Source: a virus
Direction: 5' to 3' (one strand)
Length of the DNA: 64,000 bases
Virus record (IMG/VR): IMGVR_UViG_3300035660_000002
Location: 32,001 to 96,000 of that record
The position numbers were made by a program, and so were the translations under genes. The notes under the pieces were generated by a model. That model was not told where the DNA came from, made no database searches, and was given only the letters and a program-made list of their open reading frames with translations. Shown one piece after another: positions 18,611 through 27,688 of the stretch (its first letter is position 1; every line of letters begins with the position of its first letter).

Positions 18611-19330
18611 TTACATCTTGTACACATTACTAATAAGAAAACCAGAACCAATACGTCTTTGAGCCGTCTTTTCCTCAAAGTGCTTTTTCCAAAAATCTCT
18701 GTCGAAGTTTGTTCTCCGATGACAGTGCCCGCACAAGCTTACCAAGTTATTTATATGCACATTTCTTTTATTATAGTCTATATGATGAATATCCAACTTT
18801 CTAAGGCACTCTGATTCCGGAGTTCCGCACTCCACGCACTGAAATCCATCTCGCCATCGCACTTCACGCTTAAGCGCTCGGGTCCATTTTTCAGAGTATT
18901 TCTCAAAAGATTTACCATTTTGCCAGTTCGAGCTCTTGGCGCCCACCTGTCCAAAGGAAGTTAATCCACTTCTTACCCTAAATTTAGAATTACAAGATAA
19001 GCATCTCTTTGAGAATCTATGCCGAAGTTGCTTGCCACAGTCCATGCAATGCGCAACCTCCCCCTTCCAGTTCCTATTTTTACATCCAGTCTCCTTCTTC
19101 AGCATAGTACTTATTATTTTCCTGTGTTTCCATGACAATTTTTTTCCTCTCTCTGTGATACCGTAGCACTTTCGGCATCTTTTTATATGTGTATGCCTAC
19201 CAATCTCTACACCACAATCAATACATAATTTAATCTTCCTGTGCGCCTTTCTATAAAGCGTATAACATTTCCAACATCTTTTTGCGTTCCTATTCGCAGT
19301 TCCTTTCCCACAATCAACACAGCTATGCAT
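18611..19330 (-). CDS. HNH homing endonuclease with CxxC repeats
   Basis: VRWRDGFQCVECG...DIHHIDYNK...NLVSLCGHCH. Confidence 0.85.
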   Translation of the reverse strand: MHSCVDCGKGTANRNAKRCWKCYTLYRKAHRKIKLCIDCGVEIGRHTHIKRCRKCYGITERGKKLSWKHRKIISTMLKKETGCKNRNWKGEVAHCMDCGKQLRHRFSKRCLSCNSKFRVRSGLTSFGQVGAKSSNWQNGKSFEKYSEKWTRALKREVRWRDGFQCVECGTPESECLRKLDIHHIDYNKRNVHINNLVSLCGHCHRRTNFDRDFWKKHFEEKTAQRRIGSGFLISNVYKM

Positions 19331-19332
19331 AA

Positions 19333-20235
19333 TTACGCCTTCATAAGTTTTGCTTTGATATACCCAGAAAATCCATGGTACCCTGACGCCATTCCCTTTT
19401 CTGCCACGTCTTTTTCAGGCAAGTATACCGCATCGACCATGCCATAACCTAACTCTTTTTCAAGAAAGTCCGCATACTTTTGCTGCTTGCTAATCATGTC
19501 ACTATCCAGTACAAGACATACCTTTCTTTTCATAAATCTAAGATACGATACCACATTCTCGTACAATCCGCTGCCCAATAAAATAACTACACTATACCCA
19601 TCCTTGTTCACACGAATTGCGTCAAAAACACCTTCAACAACCATTACAGGCTCGGACCGAATACCTTTGTACATTATTATTCTATCAGATTTAACAGAAG
19701 AGCAACCCAGGTACTTCGGCTTTACGCCCTTGTAGATAGTCCGCGCTGTCCAGAATATAAGGTTGCCCACCGAATTCCTGAAAGGAAACAATACGCGCTG
19801 CATCTCGATCCTTTTCCCTTCAGGTGACATCTGGTACTCGCACCACATGATCTCATATATCTTTATATCTTCCTCTGTGATCCCCCGGCTGCTCAAGTAT
19901 CCAATCACCTTATCTTTAATCTTGCACTGCTCGATCGGTATCGTTCCTGCCGGAAGACGCAGCTCCCCTACAAGTTCCTCCCGGCTGTGGATATTCTTTC
20001 GCGTTGTCTTTGGTAGTTCGCCTATAAATTGAATATCCAAAATCCATAGCAGATACTGCAGAGAAACGCCTTTTCCGCAAACCCAACAATGTCCGAGAAT
20101 CTTTGATGTGTTAAATTCAAAATTCCATTTTGCGTTACCACAAAAAGGACAGTCCTTAAATACCAGTTCTGCCCCCCGGGTCCTGTACGCCCCCAGCTTG
20201 CCCTTAACCTGATCAATCAATGCTTCGAGTTGCAT
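19333..20235 (-). CDS. DNA primase (zinc finger + TOPRIM)
   Basis: CPFCG...CWVCG; VVEGVFDAI; LDSD. Confidence 0.88.
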   Translation of the reverse strand: MQLEALIDQVKGKLGAYRTRGAELVFKDCPFCGNAKWNFEFNTSKILGHCWVCGKGVSLQYLLWILDIQFIGELPKTTRKNIHSREELVGELRLPAGTIPIEQCKIKDKVIGYLSSRGITEEDIKIYEIMWCEYQMSPEGKRIEMQRVLFPFRNSVGNLIFWTARTIYKGVKPKYLGCSSVKSDRIIMYKGIRSEPVMVVEGVFDAIRVNKDGYSVVILLGSGLYENVVSYLRFMKRKVCLVLDSDMISKQQKYADFLEKELGYGMVDAVYLPEKDVAEKGMASGYHGFSGYIKAKLMKA

Positions 20236-20238
20236 GAC

Positions 20239-20481
20239 TCACTCCAATCCAAGGTGCTTGTCACAAACCCATCCTTCGTCGCGTACATGCATCATATGCT
20301 TGTGCTGCCGAACCTTAGAACATCGAGCACACCTGCTATATTCGTCCGGATGCAGGGGCATTTGCCCTTCACATCCCCAATCATAGATATGCTCAAAGTT
20401 CGTCAACACAGCATACCCGACAGCAAATAGCAGTATAACGATAATTCCGGCACTCATGATCTCTAGACTTATTGCTCTCAC
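20239..20481 (-). CDS. Small membrane-anchored protein with Cys/His motif
   Basis: N-terminal TM segment; CARC...H...C..H. Confidence 0.5.
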   Translation of the reverse strand: MRAISLEIMSAGIIVILLFAVGYAVLTNFEHIYDWGCEGQMPLHPDEYSRCARCSKVRQHKHMMHVRDEGWVCDKHLGLE

Positions 20482-20484
20482 AAG

Positions 20485-20763
20485 TTACCCCTGCGGTGGC
20501 GCCTCCACCTTCTGAAGAGAAGACACTCTCGGCCAGTACAGCTTCTTTCCGCCCTTTACTCCCGTGACTAACACGAGATAGCTTTCATGGTTACGAGCCA
20601 TTCCGTCAAACTGGCAACTCACATGCGAAACCTCCGTATCACGAATTACATTACACGGATTTAAGCTTGGAGGAACTACCAATGCAACAACCCCTTCCTT
20701 CGCTTTCGTGTATCCTGCGGCCTGACTTGCCCACTGCACTTTATCCCCGACTTTTAATTCCAT
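20485..20763 (-). CDS. hypothetical phage protein
   Basis: KVGDKVQWASQAAG...SYLV...LYWPRVS. Confidence 0.6.
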   Translation of the reverse strand: MELKVGDKVQWASQAAGYTKAKEGVVALVVPPSLNPCNVIRDTEVSHVSCQFDGMARNHESYLVLVTGVKGGKKLYWPRVSSLQKVEAPPQG

Positions 20764-20764
20764 G

Positions 20765-22093
20765 CTATCCTCCTTTGATCTCTTTCCATGTTTTGTTATC
20801 GCCTGCCCGGACAGGATCCTTGCCCGTGAACTCCTGCCACCGATCCAATATTATTCCGCAATATACAGGAGCTATCTCCATCATATAGCACTTCCGAAGC
20901 ATTATCTCGGCCGCCACCATAGAAGAGCCGCTTCCGCCGAATATGTCCACGATTATTTCATCGCGCCGGGTGTACAGCAGAAGATGCCTTGTGACCAGTT
21001 CTATCGGGAATGCCGCCACATGCCCTGTCTGCGTCGCATTGCCCCGGATATCGTTCCAAAACCCCTTTAGGGCCCACTTCTGCCCTGTCCTGAACGATCC
21101 CCTGCTTATGCCATCCCTGTTGTAGAACGTCTCAAGGATGTTGATATCATCCTCTGCCAGCTTGTCCTCGAACTTCATATCCACACCTTCGTCGTTCTCA
21201 AAGGTACCTATAAATTCGCTGTGCTGATCTATCAAGTCCGACCGCAGGTCGACCGACCGCAGCTGCCCTCCCTTTATCCAATGCCGGATGTGCCGCAGGT
21301 TCCATCCAAGAGCAAACAGATTGTTCGTCCACTTGTCAATCAGGAGCATCACCTGCCTCTTATGCTTCTTGTCAAATGCTGTCGTGAACCCGGTGCCTGT
21401 ATTGATCACGATCCTGGAATCGTCCTTCTTTACGATAGTCACCATGGCCACACAGATGTCATGAATGAACTTATCTATCTCAGGGACGGATTTTTGAGTT
21501 TCGTATGCCTTCCCAACCCAATATGGTGGGCTCGAAAACAGCAAGCTCGCCTGCTTGCCGTCCATAAGCTTTTCGAGATCCGTGATACTTGTTGAATCCC
21601 CGCATAGAAGCCTATGCTCTCCAAGCACAAACAGATCGCCGCGCACCACATATTCCTTTGGCAGCGGTTCTGGTATCTTGTCCGGATCCTTCTCCTCGCC
21701 GGAGTTCTCAAGTATCCTATCCAGCTCCTCTTTGCTGAATCCAACATCCTTCAGCATCGCTTCCGTATATTCATTCAGCTTGGCCCAATCCCATTCCGCG
21801 AATTCCTGAGCCTTATTATCCGCAAGTATGAACCTGGTCCTCTGGTCGGGCGTCATTCCCGATATCTTTATAACAATGGGTATGACTACTCTTCCAACCT
21901 TCACCATCGCCTTGTATCTTGTGTTTCCCGCGAGTATCGTATCCGTCTCATCCACTATGATCGGACTAATGTAATCCGAAGATTGTATACTTTTTATAAC
22001 TTCCTGCACCGCTTTTTCGTTTTGCCTGGGGTTATCAATATTCAATTTAATTTTTTCTATAGGCACATCTGTAAGTACTTCTCTTGCTATCAT
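20765..22093 (-). CDS. ParB-like domain + beta-class DNA methyltransferase (SPPY; N4-C or N6-A)
   Basis: ParB: NPR...PIIVD...LAGNTRYKA. HRLLCGDS, SSPPY (motif IV), HVAAFP, DIFGGSGS (motif I). Confidence 0.88.
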   Translation of the reverse strand: MIAREVLTDVPIEKIKLNIDNPRQNEKAVQEVIKSIQSSDYISPIIVDETDTILAGNTRYKAMVKVGRVVIPIVIKISGMTPDQRTRFILADNKAQEFAEWDWAKLNEYTEAMLKDVGFSKEELDRILENSGEEKDPDKIPEPLPKEYVVRGDLFVLGEHRLLCGDSTSITDLEKLMDGKQASLLFSSPPYWVGKAYETQKSVPEIDKFIHDICVAMVTIVKKDDSRIVINTGTGFTTAFDKKHKRQVMLLIDKWTNNLFALGWNLRHIRHWIKGGQLRSVDLRSDLIDQHSEFIGTFENDEGVDMKFEDKLAEDDINILETFYNRDGISRGSFRTGQKWALKGFWNDIRGNATQTGHVAAFPIELVTRHLLLYTRRDEIIVDIFGGSGSSMVAAEIMLRKCYMMEIAPVYCGIILDRWQEFTGKDPVRAGDNKTWKEIKGG

Positions 22094-22694
22094 AAAAACC
22101 CCTCTCTTTCATTTTGTTACTATAAAATTCTTTCCAGTAACCTCGGTTACTATTAGCCCGAATATTGCACCAAAAGCACAAAGTTATCAAATCCTTCTGC
22201 GCAACACTACTCTTATCATAATCTATATGATGTACATTCAGAACTTTACCTAAGACAATCAAGTGTTCTTCTTCCGTCATCCCACAGTTCTGACATGTGT
22301 AGTCATCCCTTTTCCGTATCCCATCCCGAAGTTTTGAATCGAACTCAAAGTGGTAAGGTGCCCTTGATACTCCGCCGTGCCAATTCGGATTATTCTTTCC
22401 TACATGGAATTTTGTGGCACACGGTTTACATCTCGCCACACCGTAATCAGACAGCTTTGCTCCGCAGTCAACACACTTCGGTTTCCCTCCCTTCCACCTA
22501 GGGTGCCTATCCCCAAGCAAAGATTTACTAATCTTGTTTCTTGATTTATTAGAATGATGATGCCCTGCAAAATGACTAGGCTTACCTTTCATAGCTAAAC
22601 TCAGCTTATCCTTATGTGCGGCAGACAACTTCACCCCAATCTTTGATAATCGTATCTTTCTTTTAGTTTCCGCACTGCACTTTCTGCCCCTCAT
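22047..22694 (-). CDS. NUMOD3-HNH homing endonuclease
   Basis: IRKRDDYTCQNCG...NVHHIDYDK...LITLCFWCN. Confidence 0.85.
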   Translation of the reverse strand: MRGRKCSAETKRKIRLSKIGVKLSAAHKDKLSLAMKGKPSHFAGHHHSNKSRNKISKSLLGDRHPRWKGGKPKCVDCGAKLSDYGVARCKPCATKFHVGKNNPNWHGGVSRAPYHFEFDSKLRDGIRKRDDYTCQNCGMTEEEHLIVLGKVLNVHHIDYDKSSVAQKDLITLCFWCNIRANSNRGYWKEFYSNKMKERGFYDSKRSTYRCAYRKN

Positions 22695-22742
22695 ATGCTT
22701 TTCACTACTTGGTCGATCGCCTCATCATTGACCCTCGGATTG

Positions 22743-23099
22743 TTAGGGTTGAGCTTTATGGATCCTATCGGTACGTCTTTCAACACGTCTCTTGTTATCA
22801 TGCCCTCTCCTTTGTGCTCTTAGTTTTATCAAATCCTTTCTAAGAGATTCATTTACCTGTTTAATTATAGAGACCACATTCCTAGCGTTATTCCATCTGG
22901 TTGATTGCATACCAATAAATATTCCTTGAATCCTATGCATACCATCTTCAAGTTCATATACTCCAAACTGGTCACGCTTCTTAAGGTACTTAACCATCTT
23001 GTTATACACTACAACAAGCTCGTACATGAGTTGATCTTCTTCTGCGGTCCTATACATCGGTGTCAGCTGTGGGAACCTCCGCCAGTACACTTTTTTCAT
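22743..23099 (-). CDS. hypothetical protein
   Basis: ORF in operon. Confidence 0.5.
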   Translation of the reverse strand: MKKVYWRRFPQLTPMYRTAEEDQLMYELVVVYNKMVKYLKKRDQFGVYELEDGMHRIQGIFIGMQSTRWNNARNVVSIIKQVNESLRKDLIKLRAQRRGHDNKRRVERRTDRIHKAQP

Positions 23100-23101
23100 C
23101 T

Positions 23102-23371
23102 TTATGAACTCCTCGGACTTTTCTGCGCTGTATAAATGACCCGGGCTATTGCACTTTTTACAGTTTCACTGCCCCCCATGTAATCCAGATATATAACCTT
23201 TACAATTTCTTTTTCGCTCAGTCCCACTCCATGTTCTGTGACAGATTGAAGCACAGAACGAGCATCGGTCAATGCCTGCCTGTAATCAAGCTTGCTTCCT
23301 AAACGGAAACCGCCCTTGTCTATCAAGTCGGTCAATGCTTCGATGCTGTTTTTCAATCTTTGAGAATTCAT
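23102..23371 (-). CDS. hypothetical protein
   Basis: AAAGGAG RBS. Confidence 0.55.
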   Translation of the reverse strand: MNSQRLKNSIEALTDLIDKGGFRLGSKLDYRQALTDARSVLQSVTEHGVGLSEKEIVKVIYLDYMGGSETVKSAIARVIYTAQKSPRSS

Positions 23372-23473
23372 CTTCGTGCTCCTTTCAAATTAGAGATTCA
23401 TCCTCTGCCAAAATAGTGATAACTGTCACTGATTCTCCGAAGTGCAACATCGCACTCGACTGCACAATACTCA

Positions 23474-23668
23474 CTACTTTCTTATCCTTAATCCATTGCC
23501 CTTCTCTATCGCTTCCGTGACACAATGAATGCACACACAGTTCTTATCCAAGTTGTGCAGTGATACCCATACCTCCCGACCGCACTTGCAGCACGGCACC
23601 AGCACATAATTAAATATGTGCTCATCCTCTTTACTTACACAAAGCACATAAATTTTAGGCTTACTCAA
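23474..23668 (-). CDS. Small Zn-ribbon protein
   Basis: CCKCG...CIHC. Confidence 0.5.
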   Translation of the reverse strand: MSKPKIYVLCVSKEDEHIFNYVLVPCCKCGREVWVSLHNLDKNCVCIHCVTEAIEKGNGLRIRK

Positions 23669-24353
23669 CTTTTAGTTTCTCCATCCAAATATCACGATTG
23701 TGGTTCGTCGTCACGTGGCATGTATGACACAAAGAAATCAAATTATTAGATCTTAAATTCTTCTTATCGTAGTCAATATGATGAACATCCAGTTTCCTAA
23801 AGCAGTCCTCTTCGTGCTTACCACACACCTGGCACTTTCTCCCGTCTCGATCCCGGATCTTTTCTTTGAATGCCTTTGTCCATCCAACGGCGTAAGGCTT
23901 GCTTGATATACCACCCCGCCAAAGAGGACTCTTATTCCCAACAAATCTTTTGCTCATATCTAATGAGTAACATTTTTTGTTGCAGTATCGCTGATCTCTA
24001 CAATACGTCTTAAAAGTCTTACCACATCCCGCACAAGAAATAACAGCAGGAGGATTCATCTTAGCTCGACATTTCCATCCACAGTATTTAACTATCCTAA
24101 GTCTTCCTCCAAATTTACCATTTTGCTCTTTTACCGACCTAAACTTTTTTCCGCATACCAAGCATTTTTTTATTGGGGCTCTCCTCGTATGTGGATAGTG
24201 CTTTCCTTTCTTCGTAGACCCGGCAGCACTAATATATTTGTACCGACACGCCTTACTGCATGTTTTCTGTGTAATTGCTCTGCATGCCGCCTGTGCATAA
24301 AACTCTTTGCCGCAAACTCTGCATACCAAACGAGGCCTAACGATCTTTCTCAT
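23661..24353 (-). CDS. HNH homing endonuclease with TRASH-like CxxCG...CSxxC repeats
   Basis: IRDRDGRKCQVCG...DVHHIDYDK...LISLCHTCH. Confidence 0.85.
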   Translation of the reverse strand: MRKIVRPRLVCRVCGKEFYAQAACRAITQKTCSKACRYKYISAAGSTKKGKHYPHTRRAPIKKCLVCGKKFRSVKEQNGKFGGRLRIVKYCGWKCRAKMNPPAVISCAGCGKTFKTYCRDQRYCNKKCYSLDMSKRFVGNKSPLWRGGISSKPYAVGWTKAFKEKIRDRDGRKCQVCGKHEEDCFRKLDVHHIDYDKKNLRSNNLISLCHTCHVTTNHNRDIWMEKLKVE

Positions 24354-24358
24354 TTTAT

Positions 24359-25711
24359 TTATTCCACTTTCAGTTTGTTTGTATCGTAAGACTGCCCATT
24401 ACATATTATTGACAACATCGGATACATAGTATACATTCTTCTTAGAACAACGTCCACATATTTCTTTTCACAATCCATTGCGTAGCATACCCTACTATTT
24501 TCCTGCGCGGCAATCATAGTGCTGCCTCCACCACAGAAAGGATCCAACACTATCGATCCTCTATGCGAACTCGCCATAATTGCCTTCGCGCATAAATTTA
24601 TGGGCTTCTGATTCGGATGCCACGGTGTCTTGCTTGGTTTCTTCTCCCTCCACACATCTGTCTCGCCGCGCTTGCTCACAATCTTTCCGGTGACCATGCC
24701 ATCCAGCTCGATGTGGTAGTCCCCCACCCGTATTATAGTTTTCTTGCCGTCAAAGACCGGGTGTATCGCCTCGATCCCTTCCCATACGTTCCCCTCATCG
24801 CGCCATCCTGAGAAGTAGTGGCTCTTATTCTTGCCGTTCCATCCATACATGATGGGCTCGTACTGGTTCTGCCAGTCACACCTTGAGAGAGTGAATGTGT
24901 TCTTTACCCATATGATATTCGCCTGCCAGTGCCCGCCACACTCCACAAATGCCTTCTTGAGCTGCCCTATTTCCTTCGAGCTCATGCATATGTAGAAGCA
25001 CCCCTCACAGACCTCCATCATCGGCGCGATCACGCCCTTCAAGAATGCGAAGAACTGTTCCTCTGTCATGTCGTCGTTCACGATCTTATCCCTAAGATGT
25101 TTACCCCCCTCACTCGACATCCCACCCTCATAATTTATGTTATAAGGCGGATCCATAAATATCATGTCGATCTTCTTTCCGTCAATGAGCTTTGCGTAGT
25201 CCTCCCTCTTAGATGCATCCCCGCATAGTATCCTATGCTCGCCTATCTGAAATAGATCCCCCATCTTAATATCCACGTTCTCGCGGACATCGACCGGCAC
25301 TCTATACTCGTCCTTGTCGCCCGGGTTCATGATCTTGTCCAGCTCTGCGTCTGTAAATCCCACATCCGCAAGCAACTCCTCCGTAAATATCGCCATCTTT
25401 TCCCAGTCCCATTCCGCAAACTCCTGCGTCTTGTTGTCAGCCAGGATGAAACGCATCTTCTGCTTATCCGACATTCCTTTCATCCGGATAACCGTCGGTA
25501 TCGTTGTCCTTCCGAGAGATATCATCGCCTTGTATCGAGTGTTACCCGCCAGTACCTCATTGTTCTCGTCTACGATGATCGGAGTTATAAATTCAGAATC
25601 CTTAATACTTTTGATGACCTCTACGACCGCCTCTTCGTTCTTCCGAGGATTGTTAGGATTAAGTTTTATGTCCTTGATCGGAATATCCGTAAGCACTTCA
25701 CGCGTTATCAT
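24359..25711 (-). CDS. ParB-like domain + beta-class DNA adenine methyltransferase (DPPY)
   Basis: ParB N-terminus paralogous to 20765-22093; HRILCGDA, MDPPYN, HPNQKP, DPFCGGGST. Confidence 0.9.
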   Translation of the reverse strand: MITREVLTDIPIKDIKLNPNNPRKNEEAVVEVIKSIKDSEFITPIIVDENNEVLAGNTRYKAMISLGRTTIPTVIRMKGMSDKQKMRFILADNKTQEFAEWDWEKMAIFTEELLADVGFTDAELDKIMNPGDKDEYRVPVDVRENVDIKMGDLFQIGEHRILCGDASKREDYAKLIDGKKIDMIFMDPPYNINYEGGMSSEGGKHLRDKIVNDDMTEEQFFAFLKGVIAPMMEVCEGCFYICMSSKEIGQLKKAFVECGGHWQANIIWVKNTFTLSRCDWQNQYEPIMYGWNGKNKSHYFSGWRDEGNVWEGIEAIHPVFDGKKTIIRVGDYHIELDGMVTGKIVSKRGETDVWREKKPSKTPWHPNQKPINLCAKAIMASSHRGSIVLDPFCGGGSTMIAAQENSRVCYAMDCEKKYVDVVLRRMYTMYPMLSIICNGQSYDTNKLKVE

Positions 25712-25943
25712 ACGTTCCCCCTCTTTCAATAAATTTTATAGTCTCATCCGCGTCAAACCAACTTCCGAGCATTACCCGACCGGATATCCTGATAATCCAC
25801 CTTCTGAAAAATCCCATGCGCTTTCCTATGCTTTGCACGCTGCTTTTTTTATCAGTATTGCTTTTGTGCGTCTGCCATCCATCCAAATATCCAAGCATAT
25901 AAAAAAGAAGCGCAAGGAACCCTAAAAATATCAGTCTACTCAT
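25698..25943 (-). CDS. Small membrane protein
   Basis: N-terminal TM segment. Confidence 0.45.
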   Translation of the reverse strand: MSRLIFLGFLALLFYMLGYLDGWQTHKSNTDKKSSVQSIGKRMGFFRRWIIRISGRVMLGSWFDADETIKFIERGGTYDNA

Positions 25944-26178
25944 CTTTGTGCTTTATCCTGTGATGCCGTCTGCCCACTTCCTTCTCACGGCGGATCACAC
26001 TAATCTTATGCTTTTTGCATTCGACCTCGACTATCGAATACCTATTGTTCGGGTACCTACGCCGAAGATCCCCTAAGATCTTTTGCATCCTTTTGTTCTT
26101 CCTGCGCTTAGTATCCGAAACCTTACTCTCGTTCACTTCTCTCATTACACACTCCTTTTTAAGTTTCCTTGTCCGCAA
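25936..26178 (-). CDS. Basic hypothetical protein
   Basis: ORF in operon. Confidence 0.45.
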   Translation of the reverse strand: MRTRKLKKECVMREVNESKVSDTKRRKNKRMQKILGDLRRRYPNNRYSIVEVECKKHKISVIRREKEVGRRHHRIKHKDE

Positions 26179-26575
26179 GATAAGTAAGTTGCCTCGGGAT
26201 CCATGTTATATGAACTATGCTGTAATCATTTAATTTAAGCGCCCGGCATATCGCAGTATACTCCATGTAATATTTAAGCATGCGGCTATCCTTTATCCTC
26301 CACCTACCGGACGCCTGCTCTACTACAAGCATACTGTCCGTATAAACATAAATAGACCCTTTGTATCCTATGCTCTTGGCGTATCGCAACCCCTCGATGA
26401 CTGCAGTCCACTCCGCTTCGTTATTCGTGCCATGCCCTATATCCTTACTAATCTTATGTGTCGGCCTAAAACGCCGGACTGCTGCCGTGCCCGGCTCGCG
26501 CTGCCACACTACCACACCTATGGACGCCTTGCCTGGATTGCCCAAGCTCGATCCGTCGCACATAAGTATAAGCAT
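26159..26575 (-). CDS. rnhA: Ribonuclease HI
   Basis: CDGSSLGNPG, TNNEAEW, YTDSMLVVEQ, WIPR...AD: the D-E-D-D catalytic set. Confidence 0.9.
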   Translation of the reverse strand: MLILMCDGSSLGNPGKASIGVVVWQREPGTAAVRRFRPTHKISKDIGHGTNNEAEWTAVIEGLRYAKSIGYKGSIYVYTDSMLVVEQASGRWRIKDSRMLKYYMEYTAICRALKLNDYSIVHITWIPRQLTYLADKET

Positions 26576-26579
26576 ACGT

Positions 26580-26843
26580 TCAGAATCCCCTGTCCATTAT
26601 GTCTTCCGCTTCCTTAACAATCAGCACTTCATTGACAGCTTTGTCCATCGCACGCTTAATGTATGCACTGTTGTGAACCCTTTCACACAAGTATGACGAC
26701 ATACCCATACCTAAGAACCATCCCGCTGTCACTGCAATCCATATCTCATCTTTGGCTATGGTAAGAGCAAACAGCACATGCATTGCCGAATATAGTATCG
26801 ATGCTGAGCAGTGCATCCTTGTTAACTTAAATTCTTTTGTCAT
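26580..26843 (-). CDS. Membrane hypothetical protein
   Basis: Two hydrophobic segments. Confidence 0.5.
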   Translation of the reverse strand: MTKEFKLTRMHCSASILYSAMHVLFALTIAKDEIWIAVTAGWFLGMGMSSYLCERVHNSAYIKRAMDKAVNEVLIVKEAEDIMDRGF

Positions 26844-27088
26844 GTGCCCTTCATCTTCTTCATCTCGCTCGCGATCACCGTCTCCATGTACTTCTGCACT
26901 TCGGTATCGAGCTTCTTGTCGCCGAGCAATATTCCTATCTTTTTAAGACGAGCAACTTGTTCCTCCACATGATCACTTCGTAGCCCCGTTATGTAGGCTA
27001 TCTCTGCAACATCGCTCGTATGCAGCCACGTGGCGCATATTCGTAAGACGTCTTCGTTATCTTTTACGAAGTATATATTAGTCAGCAT
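26840..27088 (-). CDS. Putative winged-helix/HTH protein
   Basis: SDVAEIAYITGLRSDHVEEQVARLKKIGIL pattern; start refined. Confidence 0.45.
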   Translation of the reverse strand: MLTNIYFVKDNEDVLRICATWLHTSDVAEIAYITGLRSDHVEEQVARLKKIGILLGDKKLDTEVQKYMETVIASEMKKMKGT

Positions 27089-27092
27089 ACGT

Positions 27093-27365
27093 CTACACCC
27101 GAGGTTTTTGAATCTGAATCCGTTCTTTGGCCTCAACGAGCTTGACCGTTAAGGTAAATCCATCCACAAAGATCCTTGAACGGTTCTCTTTCTTCATGGC
27201 CTGGATGAGCTCTCTGCCGATCTCCTCCATCTTTTCCTTTGCCTCTTCGATGCCGTTCTTCTGCGTGATCAGCTTCCGAGCTGCCTTCATGGAGTTGGTC
27301 TCCTGCTCCTTTACCATGTCACCGCTTACCTTTTCTGCTTTCTTACGCGCTATCACCTTTGCCAT
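27093..27365 (-). CDS. hypothetical protein
   Basis: GGAGG RBS; coiled coil. Confidence 0.55.
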   Translation of the reverse strand: MAKVIARKKAEKVSGDMVKEQETNSMKAARKLITQKNGIEEAKEKMEEIGRELIQAMKKENRSRIFVDGFTLTVKLVEAKERIQIQKPRV

Positions 27366-27369
27366 TGCG

Positions 27370-27687
27370 TTACCCTCCTTTTTTTGTTTTACAGTTACAA
27401 TACCCTTCTGGCGGTTCTTCCATCATCTTTGATTTTCCAAAATACTTATATGGTTTTTTGCATTGTGGGCAGTGCATAGATTCCTTAGAAAAGCATTCCA
27501 CATCCGCACTCGTCAAACGAGCAACAGCTCCTTGTTCATGCTCTCCTCGTTTCTGCTCGTATACGAAACTCTGCAGATATCTGCACCCTCTCCGAATACA
27601 CTCTTGTGCCTTACTGTCCGATACTATCCTGTTCTTGAAGTCCTCGCTGTACCTACATTGGTACTTCAAACACCTATACCTTAGCAT
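27370..27687 (-). CDS. Cys-rich hypothetical protein
   Basis: Multiple CxxC motifs. Confidence 0.5.
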   Translation of the reverse strand: MLRYRCLKYQCRYSEDFKNRIVSDSKAQECIRRGCRYLQSFVYEQKRGEHEQGAVARLTSADVECFSKESMHCPQCKKPYKYFGKSKMMEEPPEGYCNCKTKKGG

Positions 27688-27688
27688 G

